Source of the DNA: Oligoflexia bacterium
GTDB taxonomy: Bacteria > Bdellovibrionota > Bdellovibrionia > JABDDW01
Assembly: GCA_034439615.1 (NCBI GenBank)
Contig: JAWXAT010000047.1
Coordinates: 133,984-197,983 of the forward strand
DNA length: 64,000 nucleotides
Reading direction: 5' to 3'
A program made the position numbers and the translations under genes. The notes beneath the pieces are model-generated. The model did not search any database and had not been told where the DNA came from. It saw only the letters and a list, made by a program, of their open reading frames with translations. Below, in pieces: positions 24,211 to 34,741 of the stretch. Each line of letters opens with the position of its first letter. The stretch's first letter is position 1.

Positions 24211-25140
24211 TTATTTTGAAATGATGAGGGATGTCCACTCTTCATCTTTGGTCTCACTCATTAATTTACAATTTGTGCGGCTCAAAAAACTTTTTATAAA
24301 AGCACTTGCACCATCAGTCAAAATACCTGACAAAATCAAATATCCACCAGGCTTGAGAGCATTCAACAGCGGTTTTTTTAATTCCATCAAAACACCATCA
24401 ATAATATTTGCGACAACAACGTCGTATTTCTTTTTAATCTGATGTAGTTGTTTTTCTGTCACACGGCATTTCTTAGTTTTATTAAGCTTAAACATCTTAC
24501 GACATTCACGCCACGATTCAGGATCATTATCAATAGCTAGACATTTAAGTGCGCCAAACTTTTCTGCCACGACTGAAAGTATCCCGCTACCCGCACCAAC
24601 ATCTAAAATAGTTTTGCCTTTAATTTTATTTTTCTTCGATAATTTTTTAAGATGCTCAATTGCAAAACGTGTGGTCGCGTGTGTGCCTGTGCCAAAAGCC
24701 ATACCCGGTTCAATAATCACTGTTTTAGCTCTAGGCATTAGTTTTGAGACTTCCCAAGCTGGTACAAAACGAAGGCCTGCGGCAGAGAACGGTTTAAAAT
24801 ATTTTTTCCACTCTTTGAGCCAATCTTGATTTGCTTGAAGCTCCCAACTCATGCGCGTTAATGGAGATCGACTTTGAAGCCAACGTGAAACTTTCCATTC
24901 CATTTCATCACGCATACGGGGATCAAAATAAGCTGTGATACTGATCAATTTTGTTGTTTTAATTTTCGCTTCGTATCGAAGTAAGGGCTGTGAAAATAAG
25001 AGGTTCTCTACTATCCCCCAACACCCTTGATTAAAAAGCCACACAGAAAGAGATGGTTCAAGTGATCGAGGAAGACCTTCAAGTCTTAACTCCCAAAACG
25101 TGTCTAAGGGAGGATTCACAGTTAGTGTTTTTTTTCTCAA
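24211..25140 (-). CDS. prmA: ribosomal protein L11 methyltransferase PrmA
   Basis: It has IIEPGMAFGTGTHATT...ILDVGAGSGILS...VVANI...LKPGGYLILSGIL. Confidence 0.85.
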   Translation of the reverse strand: MRKKTLTVNPPLDTFWELRLEGLPRSLEPSLSVWLFNQGCWGIVENLLFSQPLLRYEAKIKTTKLISITAYFDPRMRDEMEWKVSRWLQSRSPLTRMSWELQANQDWLKEWKKYFKPFSAAGLRFVPAWEVSKLMPRAKTVIIEPGMAFGTGTHATTRFAIEHLKKLSKKNKIKGKTILDVGAGSGILSVVAEKFGALKCLAIDNDPESWRECRKMFKLNKTKKCRVTEKQLHQIKKKYDVVVANIIDGVLMELKKPLLNALKPGGYLILSGILTDGASAFIKSFLSRTNCKLMSETKDEEWTSLIISK

Positions 25141-25143
25141 AAA

Positions 25144-25698
25144 TTAATTCCTGGTTGTCGTTAAATCCGTTTGACCTTGAGCTACAGGCTTTGACTCTTT
25201 TTTTGGTGTAGCTTTTAGATTTTCCTCGGCAACTGTTTCTGGAGCAGGAGCTGGTACAGGCGCTACGGCTACATCACGGGTGGGTAAATCTTCAACTAAT
25301 TCTACTCGATCACCTAACATTACTTGCTCAAATTGAACAACAGGAATTTGTTCAGGGCTTACTTGACTAGCAAGTCTTGCTACACACATAGATTTTTGAG
25401 CATGAATTACTTTCAAATGTGCAATGGGTACGATGAGATCATCTTGAGCTTTATTACGATAAATGTCGATCACTGGAACCCTACGCTTCACAGCTACATA
25501 CTGACCAACGCGCATACCTTCATCAGTACCTAAATTAATGTAGTAGTCGCGAAAGATAGGTTCGTTATCATGAAGCGGTAAATTCTTTCGAATGGCGAAC
25601 ACAGAATAATCTTTCGGTCGCGCTAGTGCTTCGTTGATATTGAAAAGTTGCGCAAGAATGAGCGCTGATAGAATTACAAATATAGACTTCATCACCAT
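25144..25698 (-). CDS. hypothetical secreted protein
   Basis: It has a signal peptide (MVMKSIFVILSALILAQL) and a Pro/Ala-rich C-terminus. The start is uncertain (25698 or 25731). Confidence 0.5.
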   Translation of the reverse strand: MVMKSIFVILSALILAQLFNINEALARPKDYSVFAIRKNLPLHDNEPIFRDYYINLGTDEGMRVGQYVAVKRRVPVIDIYRNKAQDDLIVPIAHLKVIHAQKSMCVARLASQVSPEQIPVVQFEQVMLGDRVELVEDLPTRDVAVAPVPAPAPETVAEENLKATPKKESKPVAQGQTDLTTTRN

Positions 25699-25857
25699 GA
25701 CAATCCCTCTCCCTGGGTTGCTATCCTCCATCCTGGATTGTCCAATAAGCCGTCCTGGCTACTTATATAAACGGCAAAAATGTCGAACTTATTAACTGGA
25801 CCAAGGACTAATATTTATGGGCTGTTACCTGCGCAACAATGCAAATCGCTCAATAAT

Positions 25858-27687
25858 TTATTCTACAGTTACTGACTTAGCAAGATTACGGGGCTGATCA
25901 ACGTCGCGCTTTAATTCTACAGCCAAATGATAACTTAAAAGCTGCATGGGTATTGAGGCCAGCACTGGATTAGTAGTCCATGAGGCTTCGGGTATACTTA
26001 AATAATGGGTGCTTAATCTTGCCAAAGTTTTATCATCGCCAGAACCAATAGAAATAATTTGTCCACCACGAGCCCGTACTTCTTCGATGTTGCTCACATT
26101 TTTTTCATACAATTCATCACGCGGAGCCATCACAACAATGGCCATAGTTTTATCAACGAGTGCGATAGGGCCATGCTTGAGTTCACCCGACGGATAACCT
26201 TCTGCATGAAGATAAGTAATTTCTTTAAGTTTCAAAGCACCTTCAAGGGCAACGGGATAATTTAAGCCACGACCTAAATATAAAAATCCTTTGTATTCAC
26301 ATAAAGATTTAGCGGCCTCTTTAAACCATTTATCGTGATTAAGACAAACCTCAACTTGGCTTGGCAACGCGAGAAGTGCCTCAATATATTCTTCGATTTC
26401 TTTTTCAGAACAAGTTTTACGAATACGTGCAAGTTGATAGGTCAGCATGTAAAGTGACACGATTTGTGCAGTGAAAGCTTTTGTGCTGCAAACACCAATC
26501 TCTGGGCCAGCCTGGGTGTAAAGATGTCCGTCAGCTTCACGATCAATACTTGAATGAGGAACATTACAAAGACTTAATATTTTTAAGCCCGCTTTTTTAC
26601 AAAGTCTCAAGCACGCAAGTGTATCTGCTGTCTCACCGCTTTGACTTACGGTGACGACCAAAGTTTTTGTATCGAGTACCGGATGCCGGTAACGAAATTC
26701 ACTTGCGATATCAACATCAGTGGGAAGTTTTGCGACTCGCTCTAATAAATATTTTGCAATAAGTGCTGCATGCCAGCTTGTTCCACATGCAATAAGTTGA
26801 ATGCGGTTAAACCCAGCTAATTCTTTTTCAGTAATACCGAGATCTTTTATTTCAATGCGAAGTGGGTTTCTCTCTAAATGAGCTTCAAGTGTTTGTCTCA
26901 AGGCTCGTGGTTGCTCAAATATTTCTTTTTGCATGAAATGATCAAACCCGGCTTTTTCTGCCATGGCTAAATCCCATTTTACTTCGACGATTTTCTTTTT
27001 GATTTCTTTGCCAACATGATCAAAAAATTCTACATCACCTTTATGACTAACAACTATTTCACCGTCTTCGAGATACACCACTTTATTTGTATGCTCGATC
27101 AAGGCTTGCACATCACTGGCAATAATTATTTCACCTTTACCAAGCCCCACCAACATGGGTGTTCCATTTTTAAATGCCAAAAGTGTGTCAGGTTCTTGTT
27201 CATTCACAACCAAGATAGAATAAGCCCCACGCAATTGAGGTATTACTTTTAACGTTGCAGCCAAAAGTTGTTTCCCCTGCTTCAATTCTGCATGCAGAAG
27301 ATGAGCAATGAGTTCTGAATCAGTTTCGGATTTAACTTCGACACCTTGTTTTACAAGGGTTTCATAAATCTCACGGTAATTTTCAATGATGCCATTATGA
27401 ACAATTGCAATTGGCCCCACTTTATGAGGGTGCGCATTGCGCTCATTGGGTTCACCGTGTGTGGCCCAACGAGTGTGACCAATACCGGTGGGGCCGCTAA
27501 ATTCTATATTTTTTATTTTTTCTTCAAGGCGTGTGAGCTTTCCCGGACTACGCTCTACTTTTAAACTAGCACCATCAAAAATCGCAACACCAGTGCTATC
27601 GTAACCGCGGTACTCCAAACGACGTAGACCATCGAGTATTACTTTTTTAGGACGCTGAGGCCCCCAATAACCGACGATTCCACACAT
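25858..27687 (-). CDS. glmS: glutamine--fructose-6-phosphate aminotransferase GlmS
   Basis: It begins MCGIVGY (Ntn Cys), has SIS domains and ends with the canonical ...AKSVTVE. I moved the start to ATG 27687; the longer track ORF overlaps glmU. Confidence 0.95.
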   Translation of the reverse strand: MCGIVGYWGPQRPKKVILDGLRRLEYRGYDSTGVAIFDGASLKVERSPGKLTRLEEKIKNIEFSGPTGIGHTRWATHGEPNERNAHPHKVGPIAIVHNGIIENYREIYETLVKQGVEVKSETDSELIAHLLHAELKQGKQLLAATLKVIPQLRGAYSILVVNEQEPDTLLAFKNGTPMLVGLGKGEIIIASDVQALIEHTNKVVYLEDGEIVVSHKGDVEFFDHVGKEIKKKIVEVKWDLAMAEKAGFDHFMQKEIFEQPRALRQTLEAHLERNPLRIEIKDLGITEKELAGFNRIQLIACGTSWHAALIAKYLLERVAKLPTDVDIASEFRYRHPVLDTKTLVVTVSQSGETADTLACLRLCKKAGLKILSLCNVPHSSIDREADGHLYTQAGPEIGVCSTKAFTAQIVSLYMLTYQLARIRKTCSEKEIEEYIEALLALPSQVEVCLNHDKWFKEAAKSLCEYKGFLYLGRGLNYPVALEGALKLKEITYLHAEGYPSGELKHGPIALVDKTMAIVVMAPRDELYEKNVSNIEEVRARGGQIISIGSGDDKTLARLSTHYLSIPEASWTTNPVLASIPMQLLSYHLAVELKRDVDQPRNLAKSVTVE

Positions 27688-27694
27688 ACTGCTT

Positions 27695-29062
27695 TTATGA
27701 CTCCTTATTATAGTTTGTCTTTGTTGTTTGTCTTGAGCGAGCGATGGCCAATGCTTTTGAAGGCACATCTTCTGTAATAGTACTTCCGCTAGCAATAACA
27801 GCACCATCACCAACAGTTACTGGTGCCACAAACTGAGTGTCACTTCCTACAAAAACATTTTTACCAATTTTTGTTTTATATTTTTTACGATCAACAGCGT
27901 AATTACACGTGATGGTTCCACAACCTATATTTGTATCTTCACCAATTTCCGCATCACCTAAATATGTTAAATGATTTGCCTTAGCTCTTGCACCCAATCG
28001 AGTTTTCTTAAGCTCAACAAAGTTTCCAACATGGGCTTCATGCTCAACAATAGTTTCTGGTCTCAGCCGTGCGTAAGGTCCAACAACTGCAGACTCATGA
28101 ATTTCGCTTTGATCTACAAGTGTTCCCCAACGAAGCTCAACTCGATTACCAATTTGTGATGCACGCACATGACAATAGGGTTCAATGTTGCAACCGACTC
28201 CGATAGTTGTGCCTGCTGATATGACACATCCTTGGCCAATAACGGTCTCAGCCCCAATTGTGACATCGGCATCAATGTAAGTTGTATTCGGGTCAATAAT
28301 TGTTACACCCAATTGCATAAGCTCTCGTGCTTTACGATTATAAAGCGAGCGTGTTGCTCTAGCTAAATCTTCTTGGTTGTTTACTCCTACACCAATGCGC
28401 GCAGGGCCAGTGAGAACTTCAACTTTCTTTTTGTCATTGAGGGTGAGCTTGATAATATCGGTGAGATAAAATTCTTTTTTCGCGTTGTCGTTGGTAATTA
28501 ATGGAAGATACTTTTTTAATATTTCACCTTTAACGACATACACGCCGGTATTGATTTCATTAATCTTCTTTTCAATTGCTGATGCGTCTTTTTCTTCTAC
28601 AATTTTTTTAATGCGCCCTTGACCGTCTCGTACGATACGACCTAACCCTGTCGGGTTTTTCACCCGGGCTGATACAACTAAAACATCAGAATTTAGTTTT
28701 GAAAAATGATGCAGGGCCGCACTAAAATCTTCACCACTTACGAGCGGGGTATCACCGCAACATATAATCACATTTTCAGCGAGCGTTTCAATTTGGGCAC
28801 TCTTTACGGCGTCAGCTGTACCTAATTGTGTGGTTTGGGCGAAAAATTCGATTCCAGGCTTACCCCAAAGGTGCTGCCTGACTTGGTCTCCAGCATAACC
28901 CACCACGACACGAATATTATTCACTCCAGCACTACTTAATGCGTTAAGTACGTGATCAATCAGGGGGCGCCCTGCAGCGGCATGTAATACTTTGGGTTTT
29001 TGCGTTTTCATACGCTCACCCCGACCTGCTGCCAATACTATTGCTGTGGTTTGTTTTGCCAT
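27695..29062 (-). CDS. glmU: bifunctional UDP-GlcNAc pyrophosphorylase / GlcN-1-P acetyltransferase GlmU
   Basis: It has LAAGRGERMK and a C-terminal left-handed beta-helix of hexapeptide repeats. Confidence 0.95.
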   Translation of the reverse strand: MAKQTTAIVLAAGRGERMKTQKPKVLHAAAGRPLIDHVLNALSSAGVNNIRVVVGYAGDQVRQHLWGKPGIEFFAQTTQLGTADAVKSAQIETLAENVIICCGDTPLVSGEDFSAALHHFSKLNSDVLVVSARVKNPTGLGRIVRDGQGRIKKIVEEKDASAIEKKINEINTGVYVVKGEILKKYLPLITNDNAKKEFYLTDIIKLTLNDKKKVEVLTGPARIGVGVNNQEDLARATRSLYNRKARELMQLGVTIIDPNTTYIDADVTIGAETVIGQGCVISAGTTIGVGCNIEPYCHVRASQIGNRVELRWGTLVDQSEIHESAVVGPYARLRPETIVEHEAHVGNFVELKKTRLGARAKANHLTYLGDAEIGEDTNIGCGTITCNYAVDRKKYKTKIGKNVFVGSDTQFVAPVTVGDGAVIASGSTITEDVPSKALAIARSRQTTKTNYNKES

Positions 29063-29125
29063 ATTTGCTAAGAACGTATCTCAGGCTCGACAAATCGGTC
29101 AAGACAACCTTACAATTTTAAGTTC

Positions 29126-29788
29126 ATGATCGGAAATATGAAACTTCTCACAAAATCAGCAGGGCAAAAAGATATTCTCATGTACCAATTTGGGGATCCT
29201 CAATTACCCACGATGGTTCTCATTGGGGGGGTCCATGGAGATGAACCCGAAGGGGCATTGGTCGTTGAAGACTTCATAGAACATGCAAAAGTAGATTCAC
29301 AGAAATTTAAATGCAATGTGATTGTTATTCCCAGTTTAAATCCAGATGGTTTAGCTAAAAATGAACGCACAAATGACAATGGGGTAGATTTAAATCGAAA
29401 TTTTCCGGCCTCTGATTGGAGTAAAGATCACAAAGCGCCACGATACTACCCTGGCCCGACACCAGCTAGTGAGCCTGAGGTAAAAGCTTTGGTCCAAATT
29501 TTAAAAGAATCAAAACCGTTTTTGGTTGTTCACTGTCATACGTATATTCCACAAATTTGTTACACCGGCGAAAAATCAAAAAAATGGGCTGAAATACTTA
29601 TTAAAGATTTTGGGTATCCAATGACCGATGATATTGGCTACCCAACACCAGGCAGCCTGGGCCAATATTGTTTTCATGATTTAAAATCAGCATGTGTTTG
29701 CATTGAACTTCCCGAAAATGTTGAACGCAGTCAGGGTTGGAAAATTATCGGCCCGGCTTTACTGGAGATCGCACTCCGTGGCCCCTAA
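29126..29788 (+). CDS. M14-family zinc carboxypeptidase, murein peptide amidase (MpaA)-like
   Basis: It has GGVHGDEPEG, NPDG and GVDLNRNFP. Confidence 0.7.
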   Translation: MIGNMKLLTKSAGQKDILMYQFGDPQLPTMVLIGGVHGDEPEGALVVEDFIEHAKVDSQKFKCNVIVIPSLNPDGLAKNERTNDNGVDLNRNFPASDWSKDHKAPRYYPGPTPASEPEVKALVQILKESKPFLVVHCHTYIPQICYTGEKSKKWAEILIKDFGYPMTDDIGYPTPGSLGQYCFHDLKSACVCIELPENVERSQGWKIIGPALLEIALRGP

Positions 29789-30494
29789 AAACACTCCTAT
29801 TAATAAAAATCTTGTACGTGCTGTGATCTTTGATCTAGATGACACGCTTTTTGATACTTACGGGCAACTCGTAAAACCTGCAAGTCGTGAAGCTTGCGAA
29901 GCCATGATTCGTGCTGGTCTTAAAACAAAGATAGATGAATGTGTAATGGCTAGAGAAAAGTTATTCACAGCTAACCCTCGAAAAAATATTTACGAACAAC
30001 TTGTTGAGCATTTCGGTCTCAATGAGAATGTTAATAAAAAAGATGTCATTCAAGCTGGCTTTAATGCATTTCATGACCGGCATATAAATGAAGAGATCTC
30101 TCTTTTTTCTGATGCACTTGAAATCATAAAGGCATTAGGTGAAAAATTTGAATTGTACCTTGTCACTCTGGGGACCCCAAGCACTCAACAGAAAAAAATT
30201 GAACTCCTAGGGCTGGAAGAATATTTAAAAAAAATCTATATCGTTAATATCAACAACTCAAAAACAAAATTTACAACGTTTCATGAAATCCTCACCACTT
30301 CAAAACATGAGCCTCGTGGTTTTGTGAGTATTGGAAATCGTATCGATAGTGAAATTCGAGACGCCAAAGAATTAGGGATGCAAACAATTCTCATGCTCCA
30401 CGGTGAGTACGTACAACTTCAGCCACAGACAAGTTTTGAGGAGCCCGATGCGAAAGTCGAGACGCTAAGTCAACTTCGCGAGATTCTATTGTGA
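29778..30494 (+). CDS. HAD-superfamily hydrolase
   Basis: It has VIFDLDDTLFDT (HAD motif I) and later IGNRIDSEI. The start is uncertain: I chose in-frame GTG 29778, while the track ORF begins at 29694 inside the upstream gene. Confidence 0.65.
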   Translation: MAPKNTPINKNLVRAVIFDLDDTLFDTYGQLVKPASREACEAMIRAGLKTKIDECVMAREKLFTANPRKNIYEQLVEHFGLNENVNKKDVIQAGFNAFHDRHINEEISLFSDALEIIKALGEKFELYLVTLGTPSTQQKKIELLGLEEYLKKIYIVNINNSKTKFTTFHEILTTSKHEPRGFVSIGNRIDSEIRDAKELGMQTILMLHGEYVQLQPQTSFEEPDAKVETLSQLREILL

Positions 30495-32431
30495 GAGCTA
30501 GTATTCTCATCGTCGGGCATCCCACTCCCGGCACTGTAGAATTTGGAGCAGATCACTGCGAAAATTATGACAACGCACTTGAAATACTTAAAACAAACCC
30601 TTACGCCGTTGTAGTTGCCGCAGATCGACTGCCTAAATCACCAGACACCAAAATCAATGACAGTTTTGATTTTTTAAAAGAAACCCGTTCACTCAACTCT
30701 GATGTTCAAACAATACTTGTAGGTTTAGAAATCAGCCCTCTAGAATTACAAAGAGCCATAAACGTAGTTGGAGTTTTTAAAATTATTCCTGAATTTGAAA
30801 TTGAAACTTTGCAAATCGCCGTTCGTGAAGCACTTGAAGAATATGAACTCATCAAACAAAACCAAGCATTTTTATTACTTACTCAAGAACAAAACCAACG
30901 CTTGCAGCATTTAAGCATTCTTTTAGAAGAAAAAGTTAAAGCGCGCGAAAACTTTCTTGTCGAAGCGCGAGAAAAACTTTTGCAAGCCACCCGTCGCACC
31001 GAAGCGCTGAATCGCGCCCTTGTAACAATTCAAAGAAGTCTTACAAAACAAGAAATCGAACATCACCTTAAAGACGCCCTCCAAGTAGCACTGGGGCTTT
31101 CATGGACACGTATTCTTTTTAAAGATCAGAGTTTCCTTGATCAAGTTGAAGCAAGTTCGATTGTGAACATGGCCGTTTTCTCAGCCCCCCTTTGGCGCGA
31201 TCAAGATTTGCTGGGGCATATTTATTTTGCTCGTGATAATAAAAAACCATTCACCTCTGACGAAGATGATTTTCTTTTACAAGTGAGCGATGCTGTTGGT
31301 CTTGCAATCGATAGGCTCATGGCGCTTGAAGCTATCGAATCAGTGAAACAAGAATGGGATTCTACATTTGATTCAGTGACTGACCCACTTTCACTAGTAG
31401 ACGAAAATTATCAAATTGTACGCGTGAATAAATCATATGCCGGAAAAACAACCATCCCCCTTGATAACATTGTTGGTAAAAAATGTTATGAGGTCCTCTT
31501 TAATCGCGAAAGTCCCTGTGAGAAATGCCAGTTAGGTCAAAGCTTTGATCTAGGAGAAGTGGCTCTACCTGATGGATCACAAGCACACTTCTCAGTAAGC
31601 TCACATCCTGTTCGCCTTGATACTGGCAAAAAAAGTTTTGCACTTTTTTATCACGATATTAGTGAAGAGCAAAAAATTCAGAGGCAAATTCTTGAGTCAT
31701 CAAAAATGGCAGAAATCGGAACCATTGGCTCAAGCATTGCCCATGAAATTAATAACCCACTAGGGGGCATGATCGCATTTTTGCAAATACTCAAAGGTGA
31801 AATCGCAAAAGCAGATCGCATATACCCTGACATCGTTGAAATGGAACAAGCTGCAATACGATGTAAAACAATCGTTGAAAATCTATTAGCCTTTACTCGA
31901 AAATCAGTGAGTAATGATCTTCAAATTGCTCAACTAGGTGAGCTCATCAGACTCGTCGCTAATATTATGGAGCTTCAAACCCGAGGGCTTGGAATTCAAA
32001 TTGATAAAGAATTAAATGATGCAGCCATAATAATAAAAGCCGACACAAATCAGCTCGTACAAGTTCTTGTCAACATTACGCAAAACAGCTGTGAAGCAAT
32101 TGCAGAAAGATTAGCAACAGGGAAACGACAACCTCCAGGAAAAATTTTAATTAAGAGTAGCTACACAGATGATTTTAAAAAATTTGTAAAAATAGAAATT
32201 ACTGACAATGGCACGGGGATTCCAACGCCAGATCTAGCAAGGGTTTTCACGCCATTTTTCACTACAAAAGATAAGACAAAAAATCCAGGACTTGGGCTTA
32301 GTGTAAGCTATCAAATTGTCAAGGATCATGGAGGCCAGATGGAAATTTCTTCCCTCATGGGCCAGTCAGTTACGGTTTTTATCACACTTCCTGTCGCCAA
32401 AAGTCCAACTGGACAACAAATTTTTGACTAA
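30491..32431 (+). CDS. sensor histidine kinase (receiver-like N-domain, GAF-like, PAS, HisKA, HATPase_c)
   Basis: It has the H-box SSIAHEINNPLGG, N-box ITQNSCEAI, G1 DNGTGI and G2 GLGLSVS. The GTG start overlaps the upstream stop (GTGA). Confidence 0.85.
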   Translation: MRASILIVGHPTPGTVEFGADHCENYDNALEILKTNPYAVVVAADRLPKSPDTKINDSFDFLKETRSLNSDVQTILVGLEISPLELQRAINVVGVFKIIPEFEIETLQIAVREALEEYELIKQNQAFLLLTQEQNQRLQHLSILLEEKVKARENFLVEAREKLLQATRRTEALNRALVTIQRSLTKQEIEHHLKDALQVALGLSWTRILFKDQSFLDQVEASSIVNMAVFSAPLWRDQDLLGHIYFARDNKKPFTSDEDDFLLQVSDAVGLAIDRLMALEAIESVKQEWDSTFDSVTDPLSLVDENYQIVRVNKSYAGKTTIPLDNIVGKKCYEVLFNRESPCEKCQLGQSFDLGEVALPDGSQAHFSVSSHPVRLDTGKKSFALFYHDISEEQKIQRQILESSKMAEIGTIGSSIAHEINNPLGGMIAFLQILKGEIAKADRIYPDIVEMEQAAIRCKTIVENLLAFTRKSVSNDLQIAQLGELIRLVANIMELQTRGLGIQIDKELNDAAIIIKADTNQLVQVLVNITQNSCEAIAERLATGKRQPPGKILIKSSYTDDFKKFVKIEITDNGTGIPTPDLARVFTPFFTTKDKTKNPGLGLSVSYQIVKDHGGQMEISSLMGQSVTVFITLPVAKSPTGQQIFD

Positions 32432-32519
32432 GAAATTTCAATCCTGAGAAAATTTTGATACCATATTTTTATGGCCCAATGAATGAGCCATAGTTCTCTA
32501 AACCATGGAAGGAAAAGAG

Positions 32520-33914
32520 ATGCAGCCATCGCGTATCCTTGTCGTCGATGACGAGTCCAGTATCAGAATCGCATTATTTAGAGCATTAGAAAAAAGAGGC
32601 CATCAAATTCTCACGGCCAATTCTTTGACAGAAGCGGAAACCCTAGCTTCTAGCGAACAAGCCTTAGACCTTTTACTAGTTGATCTCAGGCTTCCTGATG
32701 GCAACGGGCTCGATCTCATGGTGAAACTCCAAAAGATTCACCCCCAATGCCAAACCCTAGTACTCACAGGCTTTGGAACAATTCAAAATGCGGTTGAAGC
32801 CACTAAGCGCGGGGCTTTTCATTACATCACTAAACCGTTTAACATTGATGAAGTTCTCACTCTTGTTGATAAAGCCATCGAGCATAAAAAACTCAGACAA
32901 GAAAATAAAAATCTTCGCAGCCAACTTCATGAAAAATATAAATTTGAAAACATCATTGGTAATTCTCCAGAGATCAGCCAAGTCTTTGAATTAATCGAAC
33001 GCGTTGCAGACAGTGATTCAACTGTTCTCATTACAGGTGAATCCGGTACCGGAAAAGAACTTGTTGCCCGAGCCATTCACTATAACTCTTCACGCACAGA
33101 AAAACTTATGGTCCCCGTAAATTGTGGAGCCATCCCCGAAGATCTTTTAGAGAGTGAACTTTTCGGACACGTGAAAGGCGCATTCACAGGAGCCATCTCA
33201 AGTCGTCAAGGCCGTTTTGAAGTTGCCCACGGGGGAACCATATTTCTAGATGAAATTGGCGATATGAGCCCCAATCTTCAAGTAAAATTGTTACGCGTAT
33301 TACAAGAGCGAAGATTTGAACCTGTTGGCACAGCAAAAACAATTGAAGTAGATGTTCGAGTTATTGCCGCTACTCACAGAGACTTAGATTTATTAGTGGC
33401 AGAAAAACAATTTCGTGAAGATCTCTTTTACAGACTCAATGTTATCCCCATTAAAATTCCAGCCCTGCGACAAAGAAAAAGCGATATCCCACTTTTACTT
33501 CAACATTTCATCGCACATTTTAATGAAACAAAACGTCGAGACATCCAAGGCATTGATCAAGACGCAATGGATTTACTCATGAGCTATCAATGGCCCGGCA
33601 ATGTGCGAGAGCTTGAAAATCTGGTCGAGCGACTTGTGATCTTAAAAGGTCGTGGTATTATTGAGAGCCGAGATCTTCCTGAGCGTTATCAACAGCGCAA
33701 TGTTTCTTTAAATCCTGAAAGCCTTTCTTTGCCAAACAAAGGATTAGATTTCAACTCAGCCGTTGATAATTTTGAGAACACACTTATCATGCAAGCACTT
33801 CAGCGCACTGGTTGGAATCGCAATAAAGCAGCAAGCCTTTTAAATCTTAATCGCACCACACTGGTTGAAAAAATTAAGAAAAAAGGCCTTACTCCCCCCG
33901 AACGCTCAATGTAA
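32520..33914 (+). CDS. sigma54-dependent response regulator (NtrC family)
   Basis: It has a receiver domain (ILVVDDE...DLRLPDG), an AAA+ domain (GESGTGKE, the GAFTGA sigma54-contact loop as KGAFTGA, and ESELFGH) and a C-terminal HTH. The start is at ATG 32520. Confidence 0.9.
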   Translation: MQPSRILVVDDESSIRIALFRALEKRGHQILTANSLTEAETLASSEQALDLLLVDLRLPDGNGLDLMVKLQKIHPQCQTLVLTGFGTIQNAVEATKRGAFHYITKPFNIDEVLTLVDKAIEHKKLRQENKNLRSQLHEKYKFENIIGNSPEISQVFELIERVADSDSTVLITGESGTGKELVARAIHYNSSRTEKLMVPVNCGAIPEDLLESELFGHVKGAFTGAISSRQGRFEVAHGGTIFLDEIGDMSPNLQVKLLRVLQERRFEPVGTAKTIEVDVRVIAATHRDLDLLVAEKQFREDLFYRLNVIPIKIPALRQRKSDIPLLLQHFIAHFNETKRRDIQGIDQDAMDLLMSYQWPGNVRELENLVERLVILKGRGIIESRDLPERYQQRNVSLNPESLSLPNKGLDFNSAVDNFENTLIMQALQRTGWNRNKAASLLNLNRTTLVEKIKKKGLTPPERSM

Positions 33915-34364
33915 TTATTTTTTTGCCCAGGGGTTACCTAGTGCGCGATATAGAGAAATACTCCCGGCGCCAAACACTGCAAGCCATGACAAAAGAATTA
34001 TATAAAGAAATTCTGGAACTCCAGCTATGTCAGTGATGGTTTCAATTGATTCACTTTTTGCAGTAACAAGTGCCACACCCATTGTTATGGCTAACGCAAC
34101 AGATGCGTAACGCACAAATACTCCCACAATAAGCAGCGCACCACAAACTAGCTCTGTCAGTGCCACAAGCCATGCATGGAACTCAGGCATGGGTATTCCC
34201 AATTCAAGAAAAAACTGAGTCACTTTTGCTATATGACCCAATTTGCCCCATCCTGCCTCAACAAACATGACCCCTAAAGTGAGCCGCGTTAGCAGCCCAG
34301 GAAGCCATTTCATTTTCTCAGCAATAACTAAAACTTTAGTATGGAATTTTTTAAGCTTTTTCAT
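33915..34364 (-). CDS. DoxX-family membrane protein
   Basis: 149 aa with four TM segments. The pattern LLTRLTLGVMFVEAGWGKL is typical of DoxX. Confidence 0.75.
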   Translation of the reverse strand: MKKLKKFHTKVLVIAEKMKWLPGLLTRLTLGVMFVEAGWGKLGHIAKVTQFFLELGIPMPEFHAWLVALTELVCGALLIVGVFVRYASVALAITMGVALVTAKSESIETITDIAGVPEFLYIILLSWLAVFGAGSISLYRALGNPWAKK

Positions 34365-34702
34365 TGATCCCCCAGGTTGCCTACTCTCACTGCTAGAATA
34401 ACTAGAATGCTAATTCGAAATGGCTGCAAATAACAATGATCTGTGCTGACTAAGTTAAAAACAACCGCTAAGTATCATTACGTTATTTAATAATATCTTT
34501 AAATTTCAATTACTTATGCATCAATATAAATCACTCATCTGTAAAAGCTGTCTAAAACACCGGAAAATCAGCGAAGAAAAACTCAACGATTTCAAGGCCC
34601 CTGGGTGGCCCAACCGTTGCTCTATAGGCCTATGTAACAAGCTTCGAATCCCAAGGGGGCCTAAGAAGGATTTTGGGCCCTGTCCCCCAACGCGTAGAAT
34701 CT

Positions 34703-34718
34703 TGGTATCGAGTTTGCT
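34703..34718 (+). promoter_or_regulatory. sigma54 promoter TGGTAT-N5-TTGCT
   Basis: GG (34704-05) and GC (34716-17) have the exact -24/-12 spacing of TGGCACG-N4-TTGCW. It lies 25 nt upstream of ATG 34742 and next to an NtrC-type activator gene. Confidence 0.65.
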
Positions 34719-34741
34719 TTCTCAAAGGAGGAGGGTAGAGA

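Noticed and set aside
27688-27813. 42-codon N-terminal extension of the glmS ORF overlapping glmU.
   Set aside because: GlmS must begin with Met-Cys because the Ntn nucleophile is Cys after Met removal. MCGIVGY starts at 27687, so the extension is an ORF-finder artefact.
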